24,000 bases of DNA from Aquificaceae bacterium (GTDB taxonomy: Bacteria; Aquificota; Aquificia; Aquificales; Aquificaceae). The position numbers and the translations under genes are program-made. Location: positions 1-24,000 of the forward strand of contig JALWEG010000017.1 of assembly GCA_027014155.1 (NCBI GenBank), in the 5' to 3' direction. The notes beneath the pieces were generated by a model that was given only the letters and a program-made list of their open reading frames with translations, ran no database searches and had not been told where the DNA came from. Shown here piece after piece: positions 7,884-16,917 of this stretch (positions are counted from its first letter, which is position 1; each line of letters begins with the position of its first letter).

Positions 7884-8288
7884 TCAGAAGAAAACCAATC
7901 TCAAGAGCCAACCCAATACAACCACTCCCAGGCTCAGGAGTATCCCCAGAACGGAGATGGCTATGCCCACCTTCCTGTTGGCCTCTTTCTGCTTTATCCA
8001 CATAAATGCGAAGGTCAGGAAAGTAAACAGGGCAAGGAGTAAACCTAACCATTTGTGAGGAAAAAGGAAAAGTGCAGGAGCTTTTTGCTGAACGTACTGA
8101 GCCGATGCCATATTTAATCCAGTTAAAGCTGCAATTACGGAAAACACCGTAGCCATAGCGTGGTTAGTTAACGAGTAGTAGAATACAAAGCCTTTGTTGC
8201 GCATCAGGATGAAGTAAACGAAGTATCCCACGTAAGTTGCAAACAACGAGCCTACCGCGAAGTAGATTATCAGCGGGTGCAGATTCAT
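7884..8288 (-). CDS. Small integral membrane protein with 4 predicted TM helices (possibly DUF2231-like)
   Basis: 134 aa with four hydrophobic spans. AAGGAGGT SD is embedded in the last codons of the upstream reverse gyrase gene, and the gap is 3 nt. The N-terminal HPLIIYF motif resembles the HP…F motif of DUF2231. That family call is tentative. Confidence 0.75.
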   Translation of the reverse strand: MNLHPLIIYFAVGSLFATYVGYFVYFILMRNKGFVFYYSLTNHAMATVFSVIAALTGLNMASAQYVQQKAPALFLFPHKWLGLLLALFTFLTFAFMWIKQKEANRKVGIAISVLGILLSLGVVVLGWLLRLVFF

Positions 8289-8291
8289 GCC

Positions 8292-11200
8292 CTACCTCCT
8301 TACAGCTTCCTCAAACTCTATTATATCTTCATATAAAACCTTAAGTATATTCTTATAATCTTCTCTTCCTTCCTCCACCGTGTCCATCATAGACTCAAGC
8401 TCCCTGGTGAATTCCTCAGATACAAAGGGTAGTATGCTCTCTTGACGCTTTAGGAAGGCGTAAACCTCCTTTCCAAGCTTTGTAGGAATGAGAAAGCCCT
8501 TTCTGTCTATGACGTACCCCCTATCTATCAGCTTGGATACCACGGTGGCGTAGGTAGAGGGTCTGCCTATCCCCTTCCTCTTCATCTCCTCAACTATGGA
8601 ACCTTGCGTAAAGAGGTATGCCATAGGAAGCTCTTTTAGCTCCTTCCTGTCGGATACGTCCACCTCTCCTTTGATGTCGGGTGTAAGTTCCACCGGGTAT
8701 ATTCTATTGAAGCCTTCCTCAATTACTTGCGTATGTAGCTTAAGTTCCTTGGAGAGACCGTCCGCTTCCACTACCACCTCTTTAGTTTTGAGCTTTACCT
8801 CCTTCATCTGTGAAGCCATGAAGCGCCTGAAGATTCTCTCGTACATAAGCAGGTGCTCCCTGCTCAGTCCGCTCACCTGACCCGAGAGAACCAGAGCCTT
8901 GAGCTCCTCCGGTTCCAGAGGTTTGGTAGGCCTTATACACTCGTGGGCGCCCCCCTCGGCCCACCGGCGGGGTTTGTAGAACTCCTCACCGAACTCCTCC
9001 TTTACGAACTCCCGTGCCAGGGCAAGACCGGCGTCCGAGACCCTCAGGTAATCGGTTCTGTGGTAGGTTATGAATCCCAGCTCAAAGAGGGTCTGAGCCA
9101 GCTCCATGCTCTTAGAGAGGGAGAACTTATACCTCTCGGACATGTCTTTCAAGAGGGTGTCCGTCCTGTAGGGCGGTGGCGGAGGACGCATCTCCTCGTA
9201 TTCCTTTAGAACCTTAACCTTCAGGCGTTTGAGGCTCTTGAACACCCGTTCGGCCTCTTTCCTGTCTGAGAACTCAAACTCTATCCTCAGCCATCTGCCG
9301 TCCTCGTTCCAGGTTATCTGGATAACGGATCTCTTCTTTCTGTATAGCTCCTCCCTCTCCACTATCCAGCCCAGTACGGGAATCTGAACCCTGCCGCCTG
9401 AAAGCCACTGCTTATCAAAGTAGCGCTGGAGTATGCGGGAGACCTCAAAACCTACCCATCTGTCCGCTACCCGTCTGAGCACCTGGGCCTTCACGAGGTT
9501 CTCGTTAAATTCTCTCGGGTTTTCCAGAGACCTCCTTATAGCCTTTCTCGTAATCTCGTTGAACTCTATCCTCTTTATCTCCCCTGCGAAGGGAGAGAGA
9601 ATTCCACCTATGTCCCAGCCGATTTTCTCCCCTTCCGTATCCGGGTCCGTTCCCACCAGGACGTCTTCCACCTCCAAGGCAACCGCAATCAGCCCCTGCA
9701 GAGTCTCCTCCTTGCCCTCTATAACCTCATACACGGGCTCAAAACCATCCTCCTTCACCACTACACCGTGAAAGCCACCCTCCTTTGCCAAGTCAAGTAT
9801 GTGTCCCAAGGAGGCGGTTATGCTCAAGTATGCACCCCCTACCGCCACCTCCAAAACCTCAAAGCTGCCCAGCTTCCTCTGTATGGGTTTACCGAAGAAG
9901 TTGGCTATGGTCCGCGCCTTATTGGGAGACTCAACTACCAAGAGGATTGGCTTCAGGTGTTCCTTCCTCTCCTCCTTTACCTTCCTGCTGAGGACATCTC
10001 TCACCTTCTCCCTGTCCCCGTCTATCTCCCATAGAATCTCGGAAAGCTCAACCTCTTCAAACCTCTTGAAGTTTATGTCTTCGTAGAGCCAGCGTATCTT
10101 CTTCTCTAAGTTCCGAAAGGCCTTAAAGTCGTCCACCAGCACGAGGCTAAGACCCTTGGTTATCCCGCCGGCGAACATCCTTGAGGTTCTACCCGAGGCC
10201 TGAAGGTAGCCGGTTATGTCCGCAACCACGAGAACGTAGTTCTCCTCCTCCTTTCTGAGGCTTATCTCCTCCGAGCTTTGGATTAGGGAGACCACACGCT
10301 CGTGGGTAAGGAACTCCCTTATCTCGTCCCTGAGCTTGCCTATGGCAGCCTTGAGATTGGGATTCCTCTCTATGAAGTCCTCGCTTATGAAGGAGTATCT
10401 CCTGAGCCTCTGTATCCAACCGTCAAGCTCCTTTAGTCTCTCCTTTAGGGTCTCCTCCTTGGCCACCAGAGGCCTCAAGGATAGGAGTGCCCATAGAAGG
10501 TGGGACACGTGGGACTCTATATCAAGGCGTATAACTATCTTGGGAACGCCGTAAAACACGGCGTACCTGACAGAGGCCGGCATATCTATCCCCCTCGCAA
10601 GGGGATTCCTGTAGGATGATATGCCCACCAGCAGCTCTATCTCGCCCTTCTGAAATCTTTCCAAGGTCTCCTCATCAAGTTCCTCGTAGGTGGCCGTGCG
10701 CAGGCCCTCGTCGCTCAACCTCTTTGCTATGCGTTCAACCGCCTCCTTGCCAAAATCCGAAGACACAAATATAAGCCCTCCCCTGCCCATCTGCTTTACG
10801 TGCTCTATCAGGCAGGTGTCCAGGTCGGAGCACTCCCTATACAGGTCTTCCACGTTCCTTATGTAGAAGACGGGTCTGCCCACCTCAAAGCCTAAGAGCT
10901 CCCTGAATAGCTTGATTCTGTTGGAGCGGGGGTTGCCCGTGGCCGAGGACACTACCAGAACCCCTCTCCTCTTCAGGGACAGCTCTTTGAGCTCTTCAGA
11001 CCTCCTCCTTATCTCCTCCCAGTCCTCCTTAGACTTATTTCTCTTGTCCTTGAGCCTTATAAGCTCCATAGCCCTTTCCACGTCTCCTTCGGAAAAACCC
11101 AAGAGGTAGAGCACCTTGTCCACGTTCCTGGCCGTCTTTAGAAAGGAGTCAACGTCGTCTATGAAGATAAACTCAAAGTCCTTGGGAATTATCTCAAAGT

Positions 11201-11747
11201 TCTTGTACAGAAACATGGAGCTGGCGACGAGAACGGAGAAATCCCCTCTTTCCAACCTCTCCTTTGCCAACCTCTTCTGCTTCGGAGTAAGCTCGCCGAA
11301 CACGAGAAGCTCCTCTTCGGGGAAGCCTATCTCCTTAAAGCGCTCGTAGGTTCTTTGAATCAGGAGCTTGGTAGGCAAGATTACGAAGGCCTTCTTGCCC
11401 TCTTTGGCAAGGAAGGTCGCCATGGATATACCGAAGGTTGACTTTCCCACTCCCGTAGGCGCTAAAAGTGCGAAGGAACGGTTCAGAAATACCTTCTTAG
11501 CCCACGACCTTTGAAGGCTCCAGGGCGGAACCCGGAAGGAATTTAAGAAGTGTTCTTCCCATCTCCTTACCCTTTCGTAAAATCCGCACAGCTCCTTGAG
11601 TCTCCCCCGCTGCACGCTTGAGCACACCACCTCTTTGGGAAGCTCCTCGGGAAGGCATCTCTCACAGGGAAGCCCCGCAAGCAACCTCTTAGAGGTGATG
11701 TCCCCCCCGCAGTTGGGACAAAGGTTTTTGAATAAGGCATCTATCAT
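8292..11747 (-). CDS. rgy: Reverse gyrase (helicase-topoisomerase IA fusion)
   Basis: 1151 aa. N-terminal zinc finger CPNCGG…CERC. SF2 helicase motifs APTGVGKST, IDDVD and SSATG. Toprim segment LLVVESPNKARTI…DPDTEGE. Topo IA active-site tyrosine in GFITYHRTD, followed by HECIRPT. Confidence 0.98.
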   Translation of the reverse strand: MIDALFKNLCPNCGGDITSKRLLAGLPCERCLPEELPKEVVCSSVQRGRLKELCGFYERVRRWEEHFLNSFRVPPWSLQRSWAKKVFLNRSFALLAPTGVGKSTFGISMATFLAKEGKKAFVILPTKLLIQRTYERFKEIGFPEEELLVFGELTPKQKRLAKERLERGDFSVLVASSMFLYKNFEIIPKDFEFIFIDDVDSFLKTARNVDKVLYLLGFSEGDVERAMELIRLKDKRNKSKEDWEEIRRRSEELKELSLKRRGVLVVSSATGNPRSNRIKLFRELLGFEVGRPVFYIRNVEDLYRECSDLDTCLIEHVKQMGRGGLIFVSSDFGKEAVERIAKRLSDEGLRTATYEELDEETLERFQKGEIELLVGISSYRNPLARGIDMPASVRYAVFYGVPKIVIRLDIESHVSHLLWALLSLRPLVAKEETLKERLKELDGWIQRLRRYSFISEDFIERNPNLKAAIGKLRDEIREFLTHERVVSLIQSSEEISLRKEEENYVLVVADITGYLQASGRTSRMFAGGITKGLSLVLVDDFKAFRNLEKKIRWLYEDINFKRFEEVELSEILWEIDGDREKVRDVLSRKVKEERKEHLKPILLVVESPNKARTIANFFGKPIQRKLGSFEVLEVAVGGAYLSITASLGHILDLAKEGGFHGVVVKEDGFEPVYEVIEGKEETLQGLIAVALEVEDVLVGTDPDTEGEKIGWDIGGILSPFAGEIKRIEFNEITRKAIRRSLENPREFNENLVKAQVLRRVADRWVGFEVSRILQRYFDKQWLSGGRVQIPVLGWIVEREELYRKKRSVIQITWNEDGRWLRIEFEFSDRKEAERVFKSLKRLKVKVLKEYEEMRPPPPPYRTDTLLKDMSERYKFSLSKSMELAQTLFELGFITYHRTDYLRVSDAGLALAREFVKEEFGEEFYKPRRWAEGGAHECIRPTKPLEPEELKALVLSGQVSGLSREHLLMYERIFRRFMASQMKEVKLKTKEVVVEADGLSKELKLHTQVIEEGFNRIYPVELTPDIKGEVDVSDRKELKELPMAYLFTQGSIVEEMKRKGIGRPSTYATVVSKLIDRGYVIDRKGFLIPTKLGKEVYAFLKRQESILPFVSEEFTRELESMMDTVEEGREDYKNILKVLYEDIIEFEEAVRR

Positions 11748-11756
11748 AGCACTGAT

Positions 11757-11799
11757 ATTTTATACTTAATGTATCGCTCAAAATACCGACAGTTATAAG
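11757..11799. promoter_or_regulatory. Back-to-back -10-like boxes for divergent rgy and the PilZ gene (leaderless or near-leaderless geometry)
   Basis: On the minus strand, TAAAAT/TATAAA (complement of 11757-11764) lies 9 nt before the rgy ATG (11747). On the plus strand, TATAAG (11794-11799) lies 9 nt before the PilZ-gene ATG (11809). Neither leader has a GGAGG-type SD. The -35 matches are poor. Confidence 0.25.
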
Positions 11800-11808
11800 A
11801 GATAAGAT

Positions 11809-12477
11809 ATGGAGTCGCTCAGGGAACTGAAAAAGCTGCTAAAGCCCGGACAGTTTTACCACGTTATGTTCAAATTCAGAGGGCTTGTGGTCAAGCGCAA
11901 ACTCAAACTGCTTGAATACGATGCAAAAGAGAAGTTCATCGTATTCCAACACCAGAGCAGTATATCCAAACTCCTGCCGGTTGGTGAGAGCCTTTACGTC
12001 TTGGTGCCGGGCTGGGACATGTATATAAAGACCAATATTTTCTCCGAAAGGAAAGGTAAACTTTACCTGTACATAGAGGGATTAACACCTCCTCCTCCCT
12101 TCGTTAACAGGGAGTACGTCAGGGTGGAACCCGACCCCAACGAACCCGTAAGGGTTAAGTTAAACTTGAAAGAAAAGAGCTTAGAAGGCACGGTGAAGGA
12201 TATAAGCGAGGTAGGGGTGGGAGTAATTTTTGATAGGAAAGATTTGAGCGAAGAAGACATAATCCTGATGAAGGATATGAGGAAGTTCAGGGGTGAGATA
12301 CACCTGCCAAAGGCGTGCTTTAATGCCGTACTCAACCTTGAACACATAACGGATATAGATAGGTTCAAGATTTTAATGGGCTTCTCCATAGATGCGGGCA
12401 AAGTAGGAAAGAGGGAGCTTCAACGCTACATCTTTGAGAGACAGAGGGAGATAGCCAAGGAGCTCTCTAACCTATGA
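11809..12477 (+). CDS. PilZ-domain c-di-GMP-binding protein with an N-terminal YcgR-like (PilZN-type) domain
   Basis: 222 aa. PilZ signature pair: RxxxR = R101-E-Y-V-R105 (12109-12123), and D/NxSxxG = D131-I-S-E-V-G136 (12199-12216), 25 residues apart. An N-terminal region of about 95 aa precedes it. Confidence 0.8.
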   Translation: MESLRELKKLLKPGQFYHVMFKFRGLVVKRKLKLLEYDAKEKFIVFQHQSSISKLLPVGESLYVLVPGWDMYIKTNIFSERKGKLYLYIEGLTPPPPFVNREYVRVEPDPNEPVRVKLNLKEKSLEGTVKDISEVGVGVIFDRKDLSEEDIILMKDMRKFRGEIHLPKACFNAVLNLEHITDIDRFKILMGFSIDAGKVGKRELQRYIFERQREIAKELSNL

Positions 12478-15400
12478 GGCCGCCTCCTGGAGAATCTCGG
12501 ACGAGTTTACCACCGGAAAGACCTTAGATATTCCCCCCCTTGAGGACACACCTATCAGCTTGTCGGAGAAGGTGGCCAGTACCTCTCTGAGGGTGACCAC
12601 TATGAACTGAGCCTCCTTGGACTTTTCCTTTATAAGCTCTCCCACCTTGCGGGCGTTTGCCTCATCAAGGTGAGCGTCCACTTCGTCAAAGTAGTAAAAG
12701 GGCGAGGGTTTGTAATCCTGTATGGCGAATATGAGGGAAAGGGCGGCGAGGGTTTTCTCTCCTCCCGACATGGCCTCAAGGTATTGGACGTCCTTTCCCC
12801 TGGGCTTTACCACCAGGTTCACGCCGCCCCTGAAGGGGTCGTCCGGGTCCTCAAGGAGCATCTCCGCCTTCCCTCCGGGGGATAGGAACCTGAAGGTTCT
12901 CTTAAGGTTTTTGTTAATGGCCTTAAAGGCCACCTCAAAGGCGTGGAGCTTCTTTGTATCTATCTCCTCTATCAACCTCTTGATAGCCTTTCTCTCCTCC
13001 TTCAGCCTCTTGTCCCTATCCTTGTAATCAAGATACTTGGCCTCCAGCTCCCTGTAATCCTCTTCGGCGTTCATGTTCACTCCGCCTATGGCCTCCAGCT
13101 CCCTCTCCAGCTTGTTTACCCTCTCTTTAAGCTTGGATACGCTCTCGCTCACCCGAGGTATCTCCTCCTCTCCGTAATCCAGCTCGGACAGCCTATCTTT
13201 GAGGTCTTCCCTCTTTTGAGAGAGCTTGACCATGCTAAGCTCCAGCTTGCCCAGGCCGGCGGAAAGCTCCTCCTCCTTTATCCTCAAGCTTCCTACGATG
13301 GATTGCATCTCCTTCAGCTCCTCTTCCAGCTCGTCCTTGAGCTTGTACAGCCTGTAAACCTCTGCCTCCATCTCCTTTATGCTCTCCTGCTTCTCTATCT
13401 TTTCCAAGGTCAGTTTCTCTACCTCCCTCTCAAGCTCAAGCCTGTCCTGCTCTAATCTCTCTATGTACTCCTGTCTTCTGTGTATCTCCCTCCTCAGTGC
13501 TTCCGTATCCGCCTCCAGCTTCTCAATCTCTATCTTCAGAGCGTTTATCTCCTCCCTTTTTTCCTCAAAGAGCTTTAGCCTCTTTTCATATTCCCTACGC
13601 TTGTGCTCTATACCCGACTCCTTGTAGTATCTCATTATGTCCTGTCTCTTTATAGAGAGGTTTTTGAGCTTCTCCTCTCCGTAATCCAAGTCCTGCTTTA
13701 TCTCTTTGGCCTCCTCTCTGAGCCTTTCCTTCTCTTCAAGCAGGAGCTTCACGTAGTCCTGAGCCTTAGCTATCTTGATTTGCAGCTCTTTTAGCCTGCT
13801 CTCCTGCCCTTGGGGGGAGTTCTTCAGCTCGCTTATCTTGTTCTCTATAACCTTCAGGAGTCCCTCCCGCTCGGCCAGCTCAGACCTCAGTTTGCGAAGC
13901 TCTTTCAGGCTCTGTTCCTCTTCCTCTCTGAGCTTCTCCTCTTCCTCCTCTAAAATCTTAAGCTCCTCTTCGTAGAACTTCCTGCCCAGCTCGCCGCTTC
14001 CCTTCGTGGAACCGCCGCTTATGACGCCCGTCTTCTCAAATATCTCCCCCTCGGGAGTGACCATTCTGTAGTTGCCTATACCTATATCCTTCGCAGAATC
14101 AAAGTCTTCCACCAGCAAGGTGTCTCCGAATACGAAGTGAACGGCCTTTTCAAACTTAGGTTCGTATTCAACGAGATTGACCACGAAGTCTATGGCTCCC
14201 CTCCTGCGGGGAAAGGCGGGAAGCCTCTGAGCCTTTATTCTATTGAGAGGAATGAAGCTCATTCTGCCGAGCTGGTGCCTCTTGAGCACCTCTATGCATC
14301 TCTTTGCGACGTCCTCGTTTTCTACCACCACGTACTTGAGCCTTGCTCCGCCGGCCGCCTCTATGGCCTTCAGGTACTCAAGCTGGTGAACCCTGATTAG
14401 GTCTCCCACGCTCCCGTAAACCCCCTCAATGCCTTCAAACACTACGCTCCTGTCTTGAGCGGTTCTCAATTTGTTCTCCACCACCGCTCTTTCCTTTAGA
14501 AGCTCCTCTATCTTCTTCCTGACGCCGGCGAGCCTGTCCTCCGCCTTCTTGAGCTTTCGTTTCTCCTCGGAAATGAGTGCCTCTTCCCTCTTCTTCAGCT
14601 CTTGGAGCTTCTTTATCTCCTTCTGTGCCTCCTGCGAAAACTCCTTGATTTTCTTAACCTCCTCCTCAAGCCTGAGTATGTCTTCCCTGTTCTTTTCCAC
14701 CTTCAGGTCTATCTCGTGGAGTCTCAAGGTTATCTTCTCAAGCCTCTTTCTCTTCTCTTCCAGGCTCCTCCTGAGAGCCTTTTCCTTCTCCTCAACCCTG
14801 TGAGCTTCCTCCAGAGAGACCTTGAGCTGAGCGTCAAGGCTCTTGAACTCCTCGTAAACCCTATCCTTCTCGTCTCTTAACTTATCCAGATGCTCCTCCT
14901 CAAGGAACAGCCTCTTTAAAAGCTCCTCCTTCTCCGCCGTGAGGTTTGCCAGGTCCTTCCTCAGATAGCCTATCTTTTCCTCCTCTCCCTGCCTCTCCTT
15001 TATGATGCCCTCTACCCTTCTTTCGCTCTCCTTTATCTTCTTCTCTATGTGCTCTATGTCCGAGCTTACCTTACCCACCTTCTCCCTGTAAGGCAAAAGC
15101 CTCTCGTTTACCTCCTTCAGCCTCTCTTCAACCCGGGACAGCTCCTTTTCTTTCTCCTGCATAGCACTTTTGAGCTCTTGGAGTTCCTCCTCCAAGGCGC
15201 TCTTTTTAGCCTCTAAGCTCTTGAGGTCTTCCATTACCGAGTGCATCTCCTTGAATATCAGCTTGAGCTTGCTCTCCCTCAGATTTTGAGAAACCTCCCT
15301 GTATCTGAGAAGCTTCTGCCTCTCCTCCCTGAGCTTGTCCAGTTGCATCTCTATGTTCTCTATCAAAAGCTCCAGCTCTCTCAGCTTTATATCTATCTCG

Positions 15401-15945
15401 TAGAGGTCCTTTAGCGCCCTCTCCTTCTTCTGCTCGTATTCGCTTATGCCGGCCACCTCCTCTATGACCCTGCGTCTCTCTAAAGGCGTCATCTTCAGGA
15501 ACTTGACTATGTCCCCCTGAAGTACCACGTTGTAGCCGTTCTCGTATATGCCCGCCTTGCTCAAAAAGTCCTTTAGGTCCCTCTCCCTTACCGTGGTTCC
15601 GTTTATCTTAAATACGCTCCTTCCGTCCTTGGACACCTTCCTGCTTATAACTATGTCCTCCTCCTCAACGGGAAAGGCTCCGTAGTTCTTGAAGTGAACC
15701 TCCACGTAGGCGTGTTCTCCCTTAACTCCGTCTTTGGAGAAGATTAGGTAAGATAGGTTCTTAGCCCTCAACGTCTTGGTGGTAGCTATACCCAGGCAGA
15801 AGGATATGGCGTCGCCTATGTTGGACTTGCCCGCCCCGTTCGGTCCTACAACGGCCACGAAACCCTCCCCTATGGGAATACTCATCTTTTTAAGGCCGTA
15901 GGACTTGAACCCCTCAACCACTATGCTATCTATAAAGGCCTTCAT
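12472..15945 (-). CDS. smc: Chromosome partition/condensin protein SMC
   Basis: 1157 aa. Walker A GPNGAGKSN. Long E/K/L-rich coiled-coil arms. Hinge segment (…GVYGSVGDLI…AAGGARLKYVVVENEDVA…). Signature motif SGGEKTLAALSL and Walker B YYFDEVDAHLD. Confidence 0.97.
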   Translation of the reverse strand: MKAFIDSIVVEGFKSYGLKKMSIPIGEGFVAVVGPNGAGKSNIGDAISFCLGIATTKTLRAKNLSYLIFSKDGVKGEHAYVEVHFKNYGAFPVEEEDIVISRKVSKDGRSVFKINGTTVRERDLKDFLSKAGIYENGYNVVLQGDIVKFLKMTPLERRRVIEEVAGISEYEQKKERALKDLYEIDIKLRELELLIENIEMQLDKLREERQKLLRYREVSQNLRESKLKLIFKEMHSVMEDLKSLEAKKSALEEELQELKSAMQEKEKELSRVEERLKEVNERLLPYREKVGKVSSDIEHIEKKIKESERRVEGIIKERQGEEEKIGYLRKDLANLTAEKEELLKRLFLEEEHLDKLRDEKDRVYEEFKSLDAQLKVSLEEAHRVEEKEKALRRSLEEKRKRLEKITLRLHEIDLKVEKNREDILRLEEEVKKIKEFSQEAQKEIKKLQELKKREEALISEEKRKLKKAEDRLAGVRKKIEELLKERAVVENKLRTAQDRSVVFEGIEGVYGSVGDLIRVHQLEYLKAIEAAGGARLKYVVVENEDVAKRCIEVLKRHQLGRMSFIPLNRIKAQRLPAFPRRRGAIDFVVNLVEYEPKFEKAVHFVFGDTLLVEDFDSAKDIGIGNYRMVTPEGEIFEKTGVISGGSTKGSGELGRKFYEEELKILEEEEEKLREEEEQSLKELRKLRSELAEREGLLKVIENKISELKNSPQGQESRLKELQIKIAKAQDYVKLLLEEKERLREEAKEIKQDLDYGEEKLKNLSIKRQDIMRYYKESGIEHKRREYEKRLKLFEEKREEINALKIEIEKLEADTEALRREIHRRQEYIERLEQDRLELEREVEKLTLEKIEKQESIKEMEAEVYRLYKLKDELEEELKEMQSIVGSLRIKEEELSAGLGKLELSMVKLSQKREDLKDRLSELDYGEEEIPRVSESVSKLKERVNKLERELEAIGGVNMNAEEDYRELEAKYLDYKDRDKRLKEERKAIKRLIEEIDTKKLHAFEVAFKAINKNLKRTFRFLSPGGKAEMLLEDPDDPFRGGVNLVVKPRGKDVQYLEAMSGGEKTLAALSLIFAIQDYKPSPFYYFDEVDAHLDEANARKVGELIKEKSKEAQFIVVTLREVLATFSDKLIGVSSRGGISKVFPVVNSSEILQEAAS

Positions 15946-16916
15946 CTCTTCCCTTTGAAGATTTCAGGAATTCTGTGTATGTAAAAGAGCAGTCTCTTCC
16001 ACCTGTGCCACTCCATCGCCGGAAAGGCCGCCCCGTAAGTCTTTCCCCCCTGAAGGCTCTTGGAGACGTTTGAGCCCGACACTATAACGGCTCTGTCCCC
16101 TATGTGCACGTGGTCTGCCACCCCCACCTTGCCTCCGATGATGACGCACTCTCCGGTGGAGCAGCTGCCCGCTATGGCCGAGTGGGATACAACGATGTTG
16201 TCTTTGCCTATGTCACAGTTGTGGGCAATCATTACTAAGTTGTCTATCTTGGTGTTCTTGCCTATCCTTGTGCTCTCAAGGGTGGCCCTGTCCACGGTGG
16301 TGTTGGCACCTATCTCCACATCGTCCTCCACCACCACGTTGCCTATGTGGGGAATCTTCTTTATCCCCCACCTGCCTATGGTGTATCCAAAGCCGTCGGC
16401 TCCCAGAACCACACCGCTGTGAATCCTGACCCTCTTGCCTATCACGCTCTTCGGATAAACCTTCACCCCGCTAAAGAGAACGCTATCCTCACCCACGTAA
16501 GAGCCTCTACCCACGTAGGTGAAGGGATAAACCTTAACTCCGTCCTCTATCACCGCGTCGTCCTCTATCACCGCGTAGGGTCCTACATAGACATTCTTAC
16601 CCAAGGAGACGTTAACACCTATGTATGCCTTCTCGGATATACCCTCCGGGTGCTCCTCGGGATAGAAGTGCTCAAGGAAGAGGGCGAGGGAGTACTTGAC
16701 GTCCTCCACCTTTATGTAGTTCTTAAATTTGATGTCCCTGTCAACCACCAAGGCGGTGGCGCCGGCCTTGGTCGCTTTCTCCAGGTCTCCTTCAGAGTGG
16801 ACGAAAACTATGCTCCCCTCGCCGGCAGAGCCGGGAGAGGACACCCTCTCCACGGCTAAGTTTTCATCTCCCACCAAGTGCCCGCCTATAACCCGGGCTA
16901 TGTGGCCCAGCTTCAT
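15942..16916 (-). CDS. lpxD: UDP-3-O-acylglucosamine N-acyltransferase
   Basis: 324 aa. LpxD-type N-terminal domain (MKLGHIARVIGGHLVGD…) followed by an extended left-handed beta-helix of hexapeptide repeats and a C-terminal helix. It sits in the canonical position directly downstream of skp. Its stop overlaps the smc start (ATGA). Confidence 0.92.
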   Translation of the reverse strand: MKLGHIARVIGGHLVGDENLAVERVSSPGSAGEGSIVFVHSEGDLEKATKAGATALVVDRDIKFKNYIKVEDVKYSLALFLEHFYPEEHPEGISEKAYIGVNVSLGKNVYVGPYAVIEDDAVIEDGVKVYPFTYVGRGSYVGEDSVLFSGVKVYPKSVIGKRVRIHSGVVLGADGFGYTIGRWGIKKIPHIGNVVVEDDVEIGANTTVDRATLESTRIGKNTKIDNLVMIAHNCDIGKDNIVVSHSAIAGSCSTGECVIIGGKVGVADHVHIGDRAVIVSGSNVSKSLQGGKTYGAAFPAMEWHRWKRLLFYIHRIPEIFKGKR

Positions 16917-16917
16917 A

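Noticed and set aside
12670-14880. About a dozen plus-strand ORFs of 60-170 aa inside smc
   Set aside because: All are Ser/Leu/Phe-rich shadows of the GAG/AAG/CTC-rich coiled-coil coding strand. They are mutually overlapping and carry no start signals.
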